This document shows, piece after piece, positions 11,840-24,884 of a stretch of 64,000 nt of DNA; positions within the stretch are counted from its first letter, which is position 1, and every line of letters begins with the position of its first letter. This DNA is from Spirogloea muscicola (taxonomy: Eukaryota): positions 287,691 to 351,690 of the forward strand of contig WELB01000011.1 of NCBI GenBank assembly GCA_009602725.1, written 5' to 3'. A program made the position numbers and the translations under genes. The notes below the pieces were generated by a model that saw nothing but the letters and a program-made list of their open reading frames with translations, had not been told where the DNA came from and searched no databases.

Positions 11840-12400
11840 GAAGACGCTTTCAGTAGAGGGCGGTGGTTGTGAAAGGCCAGCCCAGAAAAAAGGATGAATC
11901 AAAGTGCTGTTTCGAAAGCAGGCGGTTGCTCTGGAATCGAAGAAGATGAGCTCGCCCATAGAAGAGAGGGGCTGGCAGAAGCCAGCCAAAAAAGACTGGA
12001 CAATATCCAAAGAGCTCCAACACTAGCTAGGCATCTAGACAACTAGGCATGACGGAACCACACGAAGTTCAATACCCGCGGGTGAGCAACATCAGGTCAG
12101 AGTAGAAGGAATCTCTCTCTGTGTAGAAGGCCAGCCCACAATGGAATGGACAAGGTCCAGGGACGGGGGGGGGGCGGGAACGAAACTCCCGGGCTCGCTG
12201 TGGATGTTGTAGCTCCCTTTTTATAGGGCTGGCCACTCAGAAAGAAAGGTGCTCGCCCATAGAAAAGCTCCATTTGTACTTGGCCATTTAGGATTAGTAT
12301 CTTGCTTTTCGAGCCATCCGGCCCCTTCAGAATTTGTCCATTCCTTTGGGCTGGCCTCTCACAGCCACCAGTCAATTTGGCAGCGCTGTTCTTTAGGCCC
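11840..12400. mobile_element. Divergent pair of RLE-LINE 3' ends (minus 11840-12150, plus 12200-12400)
   Basis: Minus strand at 12070-12102 reads SDLMLLTRGY*; hairpin-type tails at ~11875, 11970-11985, 12130 (minus) and 12225, 12348 (plus). Confidence 0.7.
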
Positions 12401-13878
12401 TCCATCACTTAATACACACTCGATCTTGTGCTATCTACGCTGGCCGCTACCTCGGTCTCTCTGTGTGCCCACTCGGAGTATTTATCGGCCTTGGCAGAAG
12501 GCAGATGTATGCTTCGAACCCATCGCTCTAGAGCTTAAGTTGGCCATTGTGGCCATTGTCGGGCGATATGCCTCTGTATAAGCTGAATTCCTGCGGGCGG
12601 ACTTCGCCCATGCAAGAGAAGGCGATTGCGCTTAGCGGATCAAGCACTGCGCTCTCTATGCACTCTCCGCCACTCTCGCCACTGTCGACGCCCATAAAGT
12701 CAACAGGGTAAGAACCTTCTCTGCTCAAGATTTGTTGTCCTTTCCGACCTCATAGGAAGGCACATGGGTTTGCGAAGATGGAGAACATTACTTGCGTGAG
12801 AAGCTGAAAATGGTGGAGGAATGATGCAGATACCTTATGACAACAAGCAAGCCATTGCCTGAAAAAGAACGACACGTTGCTGAACCATAGATGCAGAAGT
12901 GGGAACTACAAAAGCCTCCAGATAATTGACGCTTGCCCACTCCCTATCTTTCATTTCGTCGCAAGGTCAATACCTATGGAGCCTTCTAAGACGCAGGTTG
13001 TCAGTCAAGATGAGTAAATCTCACAGTTACTTACCCCCGAAGACTTGTTGCCTGCTTGTGCTGCATAGCCTCCGCTAATGACAGAGATGGCCTTGTGGCA
13101 GCAACGCTTGCCTGCTTCTCCTCTCTCGGGGCTGGTCTTGGCAAACCAGTGTCTCTACCGAATAAGCTGCTCTACCGTTTCAACTTCAAGAATCAATCGG
13201 CAATGAGTAGTGGAGCTGAAGCTCCATCAGAGCTGCTCATGTCCTCTGTGTGAGATGGTGCTGCTGGCCCTACTTCGACGTTCAACGTTAGAAATTTTGA
13301 AAGAAGACGAAAAATGTTGAAAGAAGAAGAGAGTATTGCACAAGCACGACATCAGTCACTCACTAGCTATGTTGCACCTATTGATGCACTGCAGCCACGT
13401 GGCACTCACCGCTCTCGTTTATGTGGCACACCTTTACTCACTCTGATATTTTGGATACAGTTTATATGATTTCTTCAAGCTTGGAAGCTCTCCATATTGG
13501 CTTTGCGTCCAACATATCGATCGATATTCAATTTGCAGCAAAACCGACGAGGCCGCTATGAACGTACTCAACTGACTTCACATAGGACTTCAAAGAACAT
13601 TGTTCTACAATCAGAGCTACATTTCTAGTCAGATGGTGGAGAAGCTGGCATACTGTCACACAGGCTGCCCCCAGAGGCCTTGGCTTCCACCAGGTTTAGC
13701 TGCGACTAATCGGGTCCTAACTATCATGGTTCTGTATAAAGGAAAACACCGGTCTCTCACTGCGCCTATTGTGCACCATGACGACCTTCTGCCACGCCTA
13801 CCATACAGGCAGTGCATTTTATGCAACAATAGAAAAGGTAGGGGAGACAAGGGATGGGCCACTGTGGCATGCAGCCCC

Positions 13879-15262
13879 CTATTTGGAAGCAAATGACACG
13901 CCACAGCTGCAAGAGGAGGTTGAGTTGGGATTTGCAACGACCTGCAGGAGCACAGCAAGTACAGTGTCTTGCTTGGTCATTAATGCACATTCTCAGCATC
14001 CGCACTACTCCAAAACCATTACTTACAAGTACAGCCCTGTCGCAGGGAGGGACACTGATGGTGCTGGCAGCTGCCTGCCCTGCATGGTATGACAATTCTT
14101 GAGACTCACTGTGAAGGAGGATCGGATAAGCTCCTCGGTGAAGTCCACGGTGGCTCCGCGTACATAAGGGAGGGAGATGCTGTCCACAATGAGGTCCGCA
14201 CCGTCCCGAGAGAACACCCTGCTTCGTCAGCTTGACACAACTTAGGCCCAGCCTAGCTAATCCCCTGTTTTGGTCATATTTCGTAATAGTAGCATGAGAC
14301 CTGGCAATACAGGCAGCCATGCGCCCACTCCGAGCCCGTCCACTTGTGGCTGGTGTCGCCAATCCCCTCACCTGTCCCCCTCGTTGCGCCGGTCGTCGAT
14401 GGAGAAGGCGTACTGATAGCCGGAGCAGCCGCCGCCGTCGACGCTGAGCCGCAGCATGAGGCCCTTCCCGCGCTCGCCCTCCCCCAGGCGGATGTCCTGC
14501 AGACGCTGCGGGCGCCAGAGCAAGGCGGGCAGCTCAAGTGACGTGAGGAAGGAGAGAGAGGCGGAACGAGCGCAACCCCTACAGCTCTCTGGCTTGTGCT
14601 CGGCGGCCTGCACAGCAACCAAAGGAGCTCTCGAGGCCCCGACAACCCAGCAGGCGAGTTGGGCTCCCAGCAGCTCGAAAGCAGAAGATGGACTCTTCCA
14701 GTAGAGGGCGATGGCTGTGATCGGCCAGCCCAGAGTAAAGAATGAATTGCAGTTGAAGGGGCCAGAAAAGTGCTAAAGCACACGGCGACTCGAGTGGTCA
14801 CTGGGTGCTCAACGTCCCTTGTTGAGCAGCCACAGCTCAGAGGCACTAGTCTTCGGGTAGCGGGTTCCCTGTCTATAGGCAGAGGCTCGAAAGGAACGCA
14901 GGCAAGCGGTTAATCGGACAACATGGGTGAGGAGGGGAGGAGTAAGAAGAGAAAGGGAAGACCGAGACCACAGAAACGTGGGGCCAGGAGCTCCAGAAGG
15001 GCAGGCAGCCGTGGCGCTTAACGTCGGACCAGCTTTAGAAGCTTAGGCTCAGCAGTTGACAACGGCTGGGTGGTGGGAGTTCTGGGGAGGCAGGCCGGCT
15101 GACCCGCACGCAGTTGGCCGTCAGCGTGACGCCGTCCCCGCCGTCGGCAGCGACGGCGGCGTCGGCGAAGTCCGGCGCCGCGGCCGCGGAGGAGGACCAG
15201 GCAGCAGCGAGCCGCGCCCGGCTCCCGGCGGCAGTGGAGTGTGTACTGAGCGATGGAGGGCC
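13879..15262 (-). CDS. Iron-sulfur cluster assembly protein, IscA2-like (A-type carrier, probably mitochondrial); the 5' exon may extend to the ATG at 15554
   Basis: GVTLTANCVR|RLQDI..MLRLSVDGGGCSGYQYAF..|VFSRDGADLIVDSISLPYVRGATVDFTEELIRSSFT|VVANPNSTSSCSCGVSF. The GGCSG and CSCG cysteine motifs are present; exons ~15260-15104, 14505-14372, ~14218-14110, ~13941-13879. Confidence 0.9.
14695..14890 (-). mobile_element. RLE-LINE 3' end inside the IscA intron
   Basis: RASAYRQGTRYPKTSASELWLLNKGR* followed by a 3' UTR and GGGCTGGCCGATCACAGCC hairpin; paralog of 5725-5930. Confidence 0.65.
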
Positions 15263-15540
15263 TGAGGTTATGAATTGGTAAACAAAATCTGATTGTGACG
15301 GCCAAGTACAAAGGCAAGCACATTGGCAAGATGTACATCATTTCTGTTAGCCATCGTCCGCTGCTGGGATGAGCTACTTCTCGGAATAAAATCCTACGCA
15401 GGAGCAGATTCTGCCCTGTCTTCAGTGGAGGTGATTCGAGGAGGTTTCCTAGTATCACTTTTGTCTGGGGGGTTCGTGATGTAGCAGCCACAGCAGTAGT
15501 TGTCCGGTGAAGCCTCTCGCGAGCTCGCCAGGAGGCCGCC

Positions 15541-18500
15541 ATGGCGGCCGCCATGGCGGCCGCCGGCGCCGCCGCGGCGCTGGAGCCGCGGGCTCCTCCT
15601 CCGGCGGCGGCGGCTCTGGCGGCGGCGCCGGAGAGGAGGCCGCTTCAGCCAAGGCCGCGCGTTGGCTGCCGCCGCAGGGCGGCGCTCGCCCCGCGCGCTG
15701 GCCGCAAGCTGCCGGGAGAGCGGGAGGACTTGCTGGACAAGCGGCCGGACGACGGGCTTGGCGGCGTCAGCGGCGGCAGCGCTGGCGGCGTGGCGGCTGA
15801 CGAGCAGTCTGCGCTTTCGGCCATGGAGCTGCGCTTCGGGCGGCTCTTGGGGGAGGCGCCGCAGCGGACCATGTCCAAGGTGTGCGTTACCGTTAGGCAT
15901 CAGTGTAAAAGGGGGAAGGCGCGCGGTAAAATTAGATTTAAACAATAGAACTTTAACGGCTGCAGCCAGGGCCTCACTTGCGTCCTGCCACCGCTAAACC
16001 CTTGGCAGCTGCTGTATTGTTGCCTATTCTATCCTTTTTGAGCTCTCAACAATCTGTGAGCTTCATAACCTGCACCTTATTGCTGCTCAACACACACGGA
16101 GCAACGCTCATGCGGCAGACTGGCTGATGTGGCTGCCGCAGCCGCCGCCGCTGCCGTACTTTGCCACTTCTAAGCTTTCTGGGGTTTACAGCAAGCCTTG
16201 AGCTTTTGATTTCCCATTGTTGCACTTACTGCTCAGAATTTCACGAGGCAATGCTCAAGCGGCAGACTGGCTGCAACGGGCCTGCAGGTGATGAGGAAGC
16301 GCGCGGACCCCGCCGCGAGCTTCGTGGAGCTGGACCGAACCCAGCAGCAGGAGGCGGAGGCGGCGGCCGCTGGCAACGGCCGGCGGGGGCCGGCTGCGAG
16401 CGCTGCTGAGATGAAGCGCGACTTTGCACGCCTGCTGGCGGAGGAGACTGCCAAGGCCAATGGCGCTCGTAGCTCCAGCACACGCTCCAAGCCCACAGCT
16501 GGGAGCCATGACGACGACCACGATGGCGCAGACGGCTCCATGCCAAGGCTCGCTAGCCGGCCTTCGCGGCCAGCAGGGCACAGCACAGACACGGCTGCAC
16601 CTCGGAGCGGCCGCCCGCGTCTCGCTCCGGTTGCAGCACCGCGCTCGCCAATCGCTCTTGCCAGGCTGGCTGCTCCACAGCCGCCGGCGCGACGGCCGAG
16701 CCCGCTGGCCAGCTTCGAGGGCGCCCTGCCGCCTGAGCGTGCTGATGACGACGACGTCATCGTCGCCCCGGTCTCGGTGCCGCGGCGGTTGGTGGCAGCT
16801 GATGATGGCGGCGGCAGCAGGAGCAGCAGCAGCAGGGGTGCGGTGCCATCTGCCCTGCTCGACCGGAGCATCCGACGCCCACAGGCCATGCATAGCAGCG
16901 CAGAGCCAGAGCCACCGGCGGCACTGAAGGAGCAGCCGGCAGGCCCCGCCGCGGTTTTTGAGGCTGCGGTTGTTCCAGCCATTGCGGAGGCTCCCACTGT
17001 CGGCCCGTCGGCGGAGGAGCGGTCGGGCAAGGTGCTCCTGGCTGTCCCGCCGAAGCACCAAGCTTCCGGGGATCGCGGAGATGAGGACGCCGCCGGGGCC
17101 CCTCGAGCGACGGTGCCGGCGGCATTGCCGCAGAGGAGGCTCCCAGAGCTCGCCAGCAGGCCGGTACCGGTAAACAAGGCGCATGACGCAGTCACCAGTG
17201 CAGCGGTAGCGCCAACCGAGGCGCAGGATGTCACTCTGGTGCCCCCAGAAAAGGAGGCTCAGCACAAGCCGGCTGTCGGCAGTGGCGACGGCTCACACGC
17301 CGGACGGCCATCAGTATTGCCTCCCTCCAAGGCGACGGGACCCTCTGCAAGCTCTTCCAGTATTGTCCAAGCCACCGAGCCGCCTGCTGCAGCAAGAACC
17401 ACCGAGGAAGTGACGTCTGGCGCAGAGTTACCGTCCATGGAGCTGCTAGTCGAACCTGCGGCGGCCATTGGGAGCGCCGCGAGGAGTGCTCCTGGTAAAG
17501 GCCTTGCTGAAGCGCCTGTTACCGAGCCCAGCTTGGCTCAAGCAGGAGTTCAGGCGCCGCAGCAGGACCTGACTGGATGGTCCGCCGAGGCCCAGGCGGC
17601 GGCAGAGCGCGGCAAAGCAGCGCGCCTCCGCGAGGAGCGAGAGCGCTTCGCGGCCCGCCTGCCCCAGGCCAAGGATCTCCAGCATCGCCTCGATGCTACT
17701 GCCGCCCCCATTGCCACCGCCAGGTTCAGCAGACTTGGCCTCCTTGGCGGCTAGTGGCGTCATTGTGCCAGTCTGATGGACCTGCAAGAGCATGCTCCAG
17801 TTAACATGCTGTATCTAGTCGCTACACCTGAGTCAAGATCATATATTCTACAGCAAATATTATAAGCCCTGATTTTATTGATGCAATACCTCAACACCCC
17901 AGCATTCAAAGGCAAGAGGCAACAACTTGTACTGATTTGGCTGCTGAGGTATGCCGTGTCAATGGTTGCGCTGCTTGCAGAGCGGCTGAGCCCTCCATAG
18001 CGGCGGGCAGTGCCACAGCTGCCGGTGCCGCCCAACGACTCTTGCGGCGACCTTCCCAGCGGCCACCTGTGGGGCAGGAGCCGCAGGCGCGTGGTCCAGT
18101 GGCGCTGGAAGCAACCACTGCTGACGACCTGCGCGCCACAAGGCCGCCGCTGCCCAAGCCCAGGATCGTGCCCGCTGTCAGGAATGTCCGTGAAAGTAAT
18201 GAAGTTGGACCTCAGCCAAGCGCTGCGGCAGCCAGCAGAGGGGGTTCTGCGGGCAACTCCAGGCCTCTGATGTCGCAGTCAAGGCCCGGCAGCAGGCCAA
18301 GCCTCAGGAACGAGAAAGGCGACAAGGTGAGCACCGTTGCCAGCAAGTGCGTTCCTTGTCAATGTCGTTGTCCACATCTCAAGCTGTACACCTCAATCTG
18401 AGGTGTACAACTTACATGGTGCAGGTGCTCCAACATGCAGAGCAATCATGTTGGCGTATGCTTAATTCTGTGAAGGCCTTCTAGTTTTGATTAAAAAGCT

Positions 18501-21500
18501 CAGCCGGTGTCGTTTTGTATACCATTCATTCCAGGAGGCCGACGCCCGCGATTGGGCTCGGGCGGAGGCCCTACTGGCGTCTGGCGTTGTTGAGGAGGCG
18601 GAGGTTGTTGGTTGCAATAGTGGTGGCCTGCTGGTCAGCCTCCTCACGTGCTGTATTAGTTCCCCTGCCTGGTCTTACCTCCAAATAATGAGTAGAGGTA
18701 TTGTTGGGATTGCTAGTTGGGCTCAGCTGGTTCACTTATAAGTGGCAATGTAACCAAGGCTCGAGCACCAACGTCCAGGGTTCTACTCACCGGCATGTCC
18801 CAGCGTGGAGCGAATCATAACTCTGTAGTACCCGTTATGCAGTCTGCATGCTTTGCCATATTGTCGCGCTGTGCCTTTTCCATGACACCCGCATGGTTGC
18901 GGACTGTTGGGTCACCAATGGAAGCCAAGTCATTGCGGCTATCTTTTGTTACAGGTCTCGTTTGGGTCACTTATCGCTTTCCTACCGTCCTCGGAGCTGG
19001 CGGCGAGCAAGAGGCTTCCAAGCTTGGAGAGGTGGGGCCGGCTCAAGGGCCTGGACATGGCGTGGGCTGTCCAGCCGATGAGCGACCAGGGAGCCGCCGC
19101 GTCTGCCGGCCCCCAGAATGTCGAAGCTGCAGCGGATGCAGCACAGCATGAGGCTGTGCCAGTGGAGCGGCAAGAGGAGCTCCGCCGTGAGTACAAGGAA
19201 GAGCGACTGAAGCACCTGAGCTCGCATGTTGGCCAGGTAAAACTGTCCACTTTGTGCTACAAATTCTTAGCTATTCTTAGCTGAGCTCCTTGAGCTCTTG
19301 GAGGTCAGTCCACTAGATGCAGTGCAAGCTCAGCACTGTCAAGCACTGAAAACATACCCTACATGCAAGACAATAAAATGCACGGTTCTGTTTGAAGGCT
19401 GGTACCCCTCCGTGATGTATTCATCCCATGATCACAAATCATCAGTCGTTCATCAGAGTTGATTGAGCAATATGTGGTACAATTAAAAATGTCATCTGTA
19501 TGCTACAAGGTGTACATACATTACCTCATATACTGACTAAGTGAAGTCTCTGGTAATGATTCAGAAAGTGAAGTTGAAGGTAAAGACCGTGAACAGGCAG
19601 CGAAGGCAGCTGATCATCTCTGAGAAGGCCACCGAGTCAGAGACGGGCGAGTCGCTCCAGAAGAAGCAAGAAGTCCTGGTGAATACTAGCTATCGGTTTA
19701 AGACTGCAATGCTGGCCTCCACTGCCTGCTTGGAGTGAGCGAACCTCCTCGGGCAGAGATAGCTCACTTGAAGGCTTGTTGATTTCTTTACCGTCCAGGC
19801 CGGCCTAAAGGAGGGCGACACAGTATCGTGCCGCGTGACTGTCATCACTCAGTACGGCGTCTTTGTGGAGGTAGGCGCCACTCCGAGTCTCCTGTGAAGA
19901 ACCCAGTCAGCAGCTTCTGCTCAAGTGGAACAAGCACCGACACCATGACGGCTTTCATGAGGCCTTGATGAGGACTTGAATCAGTACCCAATGTCATATG
20001 CTTGCTCCTTGCGCGCTGCAGCTGCGTGGAGTCACGGCCATGATTCACAGCTCCGAACTGTCGTGGAGCAAGCCAAAGGATCCCACGACACTCCTCAGCA
20101 TCGGCCAGGCGTGCATTCTCTCTGCTCGACCAGTTGCACAAAGTTGGGCCATATGCCGCCTGCTCCGGACGCCCTCTTCTTGGGCTAGACCTGTTGCTCT
20201 GTTGCAAATCAGTGGACTTGTACTTGTTCCTTAAGATCCAGGGTATGACAAACTCTACCCAAGCTCATGAGGACTTAAGAACATCATAAATGTCCCATGG
20301 TCAAGCTGGCTTGCTGATGTGTTCCTTGCTTGGCCTTGCCTTCCTTTCCCTCACGATTGTTCACAGGAGATTGAAGCGATGGTGTGCAAGCTAGACTTCC
20401 AAGCGTCTCGAATCAACCTGTCACTCAAACAGCTGCAGGTCCGATGAGTGACCTATGTGAAGCTGATGTTTTGGAACCAGCATGTACATTTTGTCAACAC
20501 GATGGTTTCATACTCAACGTCTTCAGCTTTTGCCGAACTTGTACATTTCACCTGTCCTCTGAGCAATAGCAAGAATAGCAGCAGAGATGCAAAGTAGTGA
20601 TGACTCTATCAATGCACGACCGGCTCTGTCCTTGCAAAGCTGAAGGCTGGGTGCCCACATCCAATCTTCTCTTCTTGCAAGAGTGGGCCTCTTCTTGCAG
20701 TACACCAGGATGCTCGCACTCCATTGTTCCATGGGCTCCACCTTGACCAAAGGCTTCTGTCATGGCCTGCAGCCTGACCCACTCATGGAGACGCTGGAAT
20801 CCCTTGTTGGACTACCGTCTGAAACGGCAGAGTGGTTCTCTAAAAGCTTGGAACCGTCAGCGTCAGCCCAGGTAGGACGTTTTTATCACCCAATAAATGA
20901 AGGCAGACTGTCCTCTTACTTGCCAGCTAGCCTGAGTGCTTCACTGCTAGTTCAGATTATATGCCAGATTGAGCGCAACTTTGTCAAACCTCCTCTTGCA
21001 CGCTAGGCCCAGTGCTTTCGTCCATGAAGAGAAGGTAGTAGCTGTCCTGTCCAAATTTGGACCCTTGGTCTCGAAGCCGACTTTTGTTGCAGAGGGTTGG
21101 ATAGGAACCTTCTTTGCTTGATGCAGGCTGAGCCCTTGCCGGAGGTCAGCTCCGTCATCCGGAAGCTGCAGGAGCAGCCGGCTATACTGAGTGTGGCGCT
21201 TGGCCGCAGCCTGCGTGCCTCGTCCCTGGCCACCTCCTTCCAGGCGAGCTTTTGCTTCTGTGCAAGGCTCACACCTTGACCTGGCTGTGTTGTAAGCCGC
21301 AGGAGGTGAATGTCTTGCAGCTGCAGAGTTTCGCAAAGAGTGTAGCTGCACACACTGTACTTACATATAGCGCGTCTTGTATGTAGTCAGTTACTAGTGA
21401 GCCAGTGTGTTGCACAACAACCTGCTCTGCTTTTGAAGTCTACAGGTGTACCTATCGGAGCAGCTGGACAACGGTTTTAAGCTGCTAGCACGCTCTGGCC

Positions 21501-21778
21501 AGCAGGTTCAAGAGGTAGATTGCTGGCATCCTGAAGTCCTCAAGCCCTCCTCTTGACTTGTCTTCTTATATCCTAAAGGTTAATGGAGTGATTGCGGCAT
21601 GCAGGCAAGTTTATTAATTGACTGTACTTAAAATTTGCTGATATCAATGTGCGCATAGTTGGAGACTAACGCCCTGGAGGGTGCATGCTGTTACATGGTG
21701 CAGATTCTTGTGCAGACCTTGCTGAACAAGGAGCAGATGAAGGCAGCAATCAAGGAGGCAATGTACAGCGATGCTTAG
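15541..21778 (+). CDS. Chloroplast S1-domain RNA-binding protein (At1g12800/SDP-like)
   Basis: Transit-like N-terminus then MELRFGRLLGEAPQRTMSK|VMRKRADPAASFVELD; DWARAEALL..EVVGCNSGGLL|VSFGSLIAFLP; LKEGDTVSCRVTVITQYGVFVE; C-terminus PDPLMETLESLVG..SFQ|VYLSEQLDNGFKLLARSGQQVQE|ILVQTLLNKEQMKAAI..* (stop ends 21778). Confidence 0.85.
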
Positions 21779-23149
21779 GGTGGCCTCTTGGTCACATCAG
21801 TGTGGCACGCCATTGGGCATTGCCCGGTCGTGCATGCACTGAGGGTCCACGTACTTGACCTGCTAGCTTCAGAGATTCAAGGGTGCTTGCTAGGGCTCTA
21901 GAAGAGCCTCCTGGGACCTGGTTACAGCTACAGCTTACTGCATAGTCGACCCTCATTGCCGAAGTAGGATTGTCACCATCAGCTTTGCTGTCGTCACCTG
22001 GCATAGCTTACAGTTTGCTTTACTTCCCACTCGCTCAGTGGTGGAGCAGGCGGGGGGCATAGATTGCACCCCTGACAGCCTAAATTTCCACCTCCTTAGA
22101 GCTGGGGGACCTAGGGTCGCAAGAACGATTGGGCTGACCTAGTGAAGATGCTAATGGGCTCAGTAGAGGCCGAGTCTACCACGAGGGGCTTTTGCCGTAC
22201 CTTATTGCGCCACCCAAGAAGTGGTTAGCGAATGACAGATTTGTGGGCCCCGTGAAAATGACTTTTGCGCTATGCAGAATATGTCGCTGCTACCAGCAAC
22301 AGCACTAGCAGCAATAGCAGGAGGGAAAGCTTGGGTTGGACTGGGATGCTAAGAACCAAGGGTTGCAGCCAATGTGGAAGTCAGCTAGGGTTGAGGTTGG
22401 AGCCACAATGATGCACCTCGTAATGACGTGAGAGGATGGCGTGGAAGATATGACCCGTACTTTTGAGCTCATCGCCTCACTGAATGCAGAGGTTGTCAGA
22501 GACGTGCAGTGGGATCCTTGCAGGTGACGGCCGAGAGAGGGGGCTTGGCCGCCTCCTCGGGATGGAGGCGGGCTGATTCCTTCCCTTCCTTATCAGCAAC
22601 TTGCGGGCGTTGACTAGGGGCTAATGCTCAGCAGAGCAAGTGGCCATGATTGGCGATGAGTACCGCTTGGCTTGGGGCTTTCACTAACCTTGTCCACTCT
22701 CTTTCGGTTGCCCTTACACACACAAAAGCTCTTCCAATCTCCGGCACTGGCTGTGAGAGGCCAGCCCGTAGGTGAGTACAAGGTCTGAAAGGGCCGGAAG
22801 GGGAGTTACTTCTCCAGAACGTCAGCAAGAGGCGCTCAATAACCTCGAGTCAGCAGCACAGTAACACAGCCCTCTTCTCCTTACACTGCCAGTGGACTAG
22901 CTTCTCTGCGGGATACGAAGCTGTGCACGGGGGAAGATGAAGACGAAGCTCTTGCAAGAGAAGAAGCTCGTATAACCGGGAACAGTGCTGGTCAAATCTG
23001 CCCCAATAGGACTGGACAAGGTCCAGAGACGAACAGTGGACGAGGAAGGAGGGGGAGCTTTGGAGAGCCACTTTCTTTTCAATTTTTTGGGCCAAATGTG
23101 GGTTGATTGTGTAACGTTCTCGAGATGTCAAGACTTTTGGTTAAGAAAA

Positions 23150-23700
23150 GTGAGCTTTGCCAAAGGGGGCTGTTTTCTTCCGAAGGGGGCGAGGGCTGTA
23201 ACTAGCCAGCCCAGAAGATAATTATGAGAATCCGAAAGGGGCCAGAAAGCGCTGGAGCCCACAACAAGTACTACGAAAGACTAAAACTGCTCGCCCATAG
23301 AGAAGAGGGGCTGGCAAATGGCAGCCCGAAAAGAATGGACAGATTCCAGAGAGCCACAGGAAAGGTGCCGAATAGAAAAACTACACGGCCAGACACGAGA
23401 CGACGCAAGAGGGAAGCTCAGTACCCACGAGTGAGCAGCACGTCAGAGTAACTCGCAGCTGGGAAGACGACGCTGTGCCACGGTCGAGAAGCAGGCGCGC
23501 GGGACGAGCAGGCCGCCTTTGACAGGCAGGTATGCCGCATGCGGCTGTCGGTCTCGTTCCAGCGCTCCGTAGCTCACGCGGTCCACTCGCGAGCTGGCCG
23601 CGCTATGGCTGCTGCATCTGGGTCTAGGCGGAGTGCCTCGTCCCAACCCGAGCATCGCCGCCAGTATCGAATCAGCTTAGGCTCACGATTGGGCTGACGG
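23150..23700. mobile_element. Divergent pair of RLE-LINE 3' ends
   Basis: Minus strand 23418-23447 reads SDVLLTRGY* with hairpin tails at ~23190-23212 and ~23310. Plus strand from ~23536 reads RMRLSVSFQRSVAHAVHSRAGRAMAAASG. Confidence 0.7.
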
Positions 23701-24269
23701 CTCCGTATCTATCAGAGGAGGCAGTGCCTACAGATCCCGTGCCCTGACGTCACGGTGACGTGCGGCCCTTCTTGTCGCGGGCCTAAGGAAGCTTCCTGGG
23801 CACCACACGGGTAACGCAGATGCTCTCGAGGGGAGCCTTCTGACGGGGCGCCGTCAAGTTAGCCAGTCTGCCCCCCAGGAGGCCCGACCGTGCGGCGCAG
23901 GCAGGTGGCTCCTGCCCCGGGCGCCACCGCCCCCCGGGGGCCAAGGGCGGGCAGGCTTGCGAAACAGTCGGGGCTACCCGCGGGCAGGAAGTGTAGTGGA
24001 GGAGGAATATTGTGTGGCCTGCCCGGAGATGGGGCGCACTACGGCGCGGCTGCCCGCGGGCCGCGGGCAGGGCGGGGGGGAGCTGCCCGGCCGGCGCCAC
24101 GTGATCGCTTTTTCCGGGGGTCCCCCCACCCCCCCCGCTGACTGAGAGCCAGCCAGCCCCCCCGCTCGGGCCAGCTCGCGCCGCCGCCATGGCGGCCGCG
24201 CGGCCGGACCGCTCCCGCCGCAAGGGTGGCGGCAGTGGCGGCGGCAGTGGCGGCGGCAGCGGCAGTGGC

Positions 24270-24883
<614 letters not shown>

Positions 24884-24884
24884 G

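Noticed and set aside
16233..17265. Two long minus-strand ORFs (333 and 336 aa)
   Set aside because: Antisense shadows of the GC-rich large exon of the S1 gene, with no recognisable motifs.
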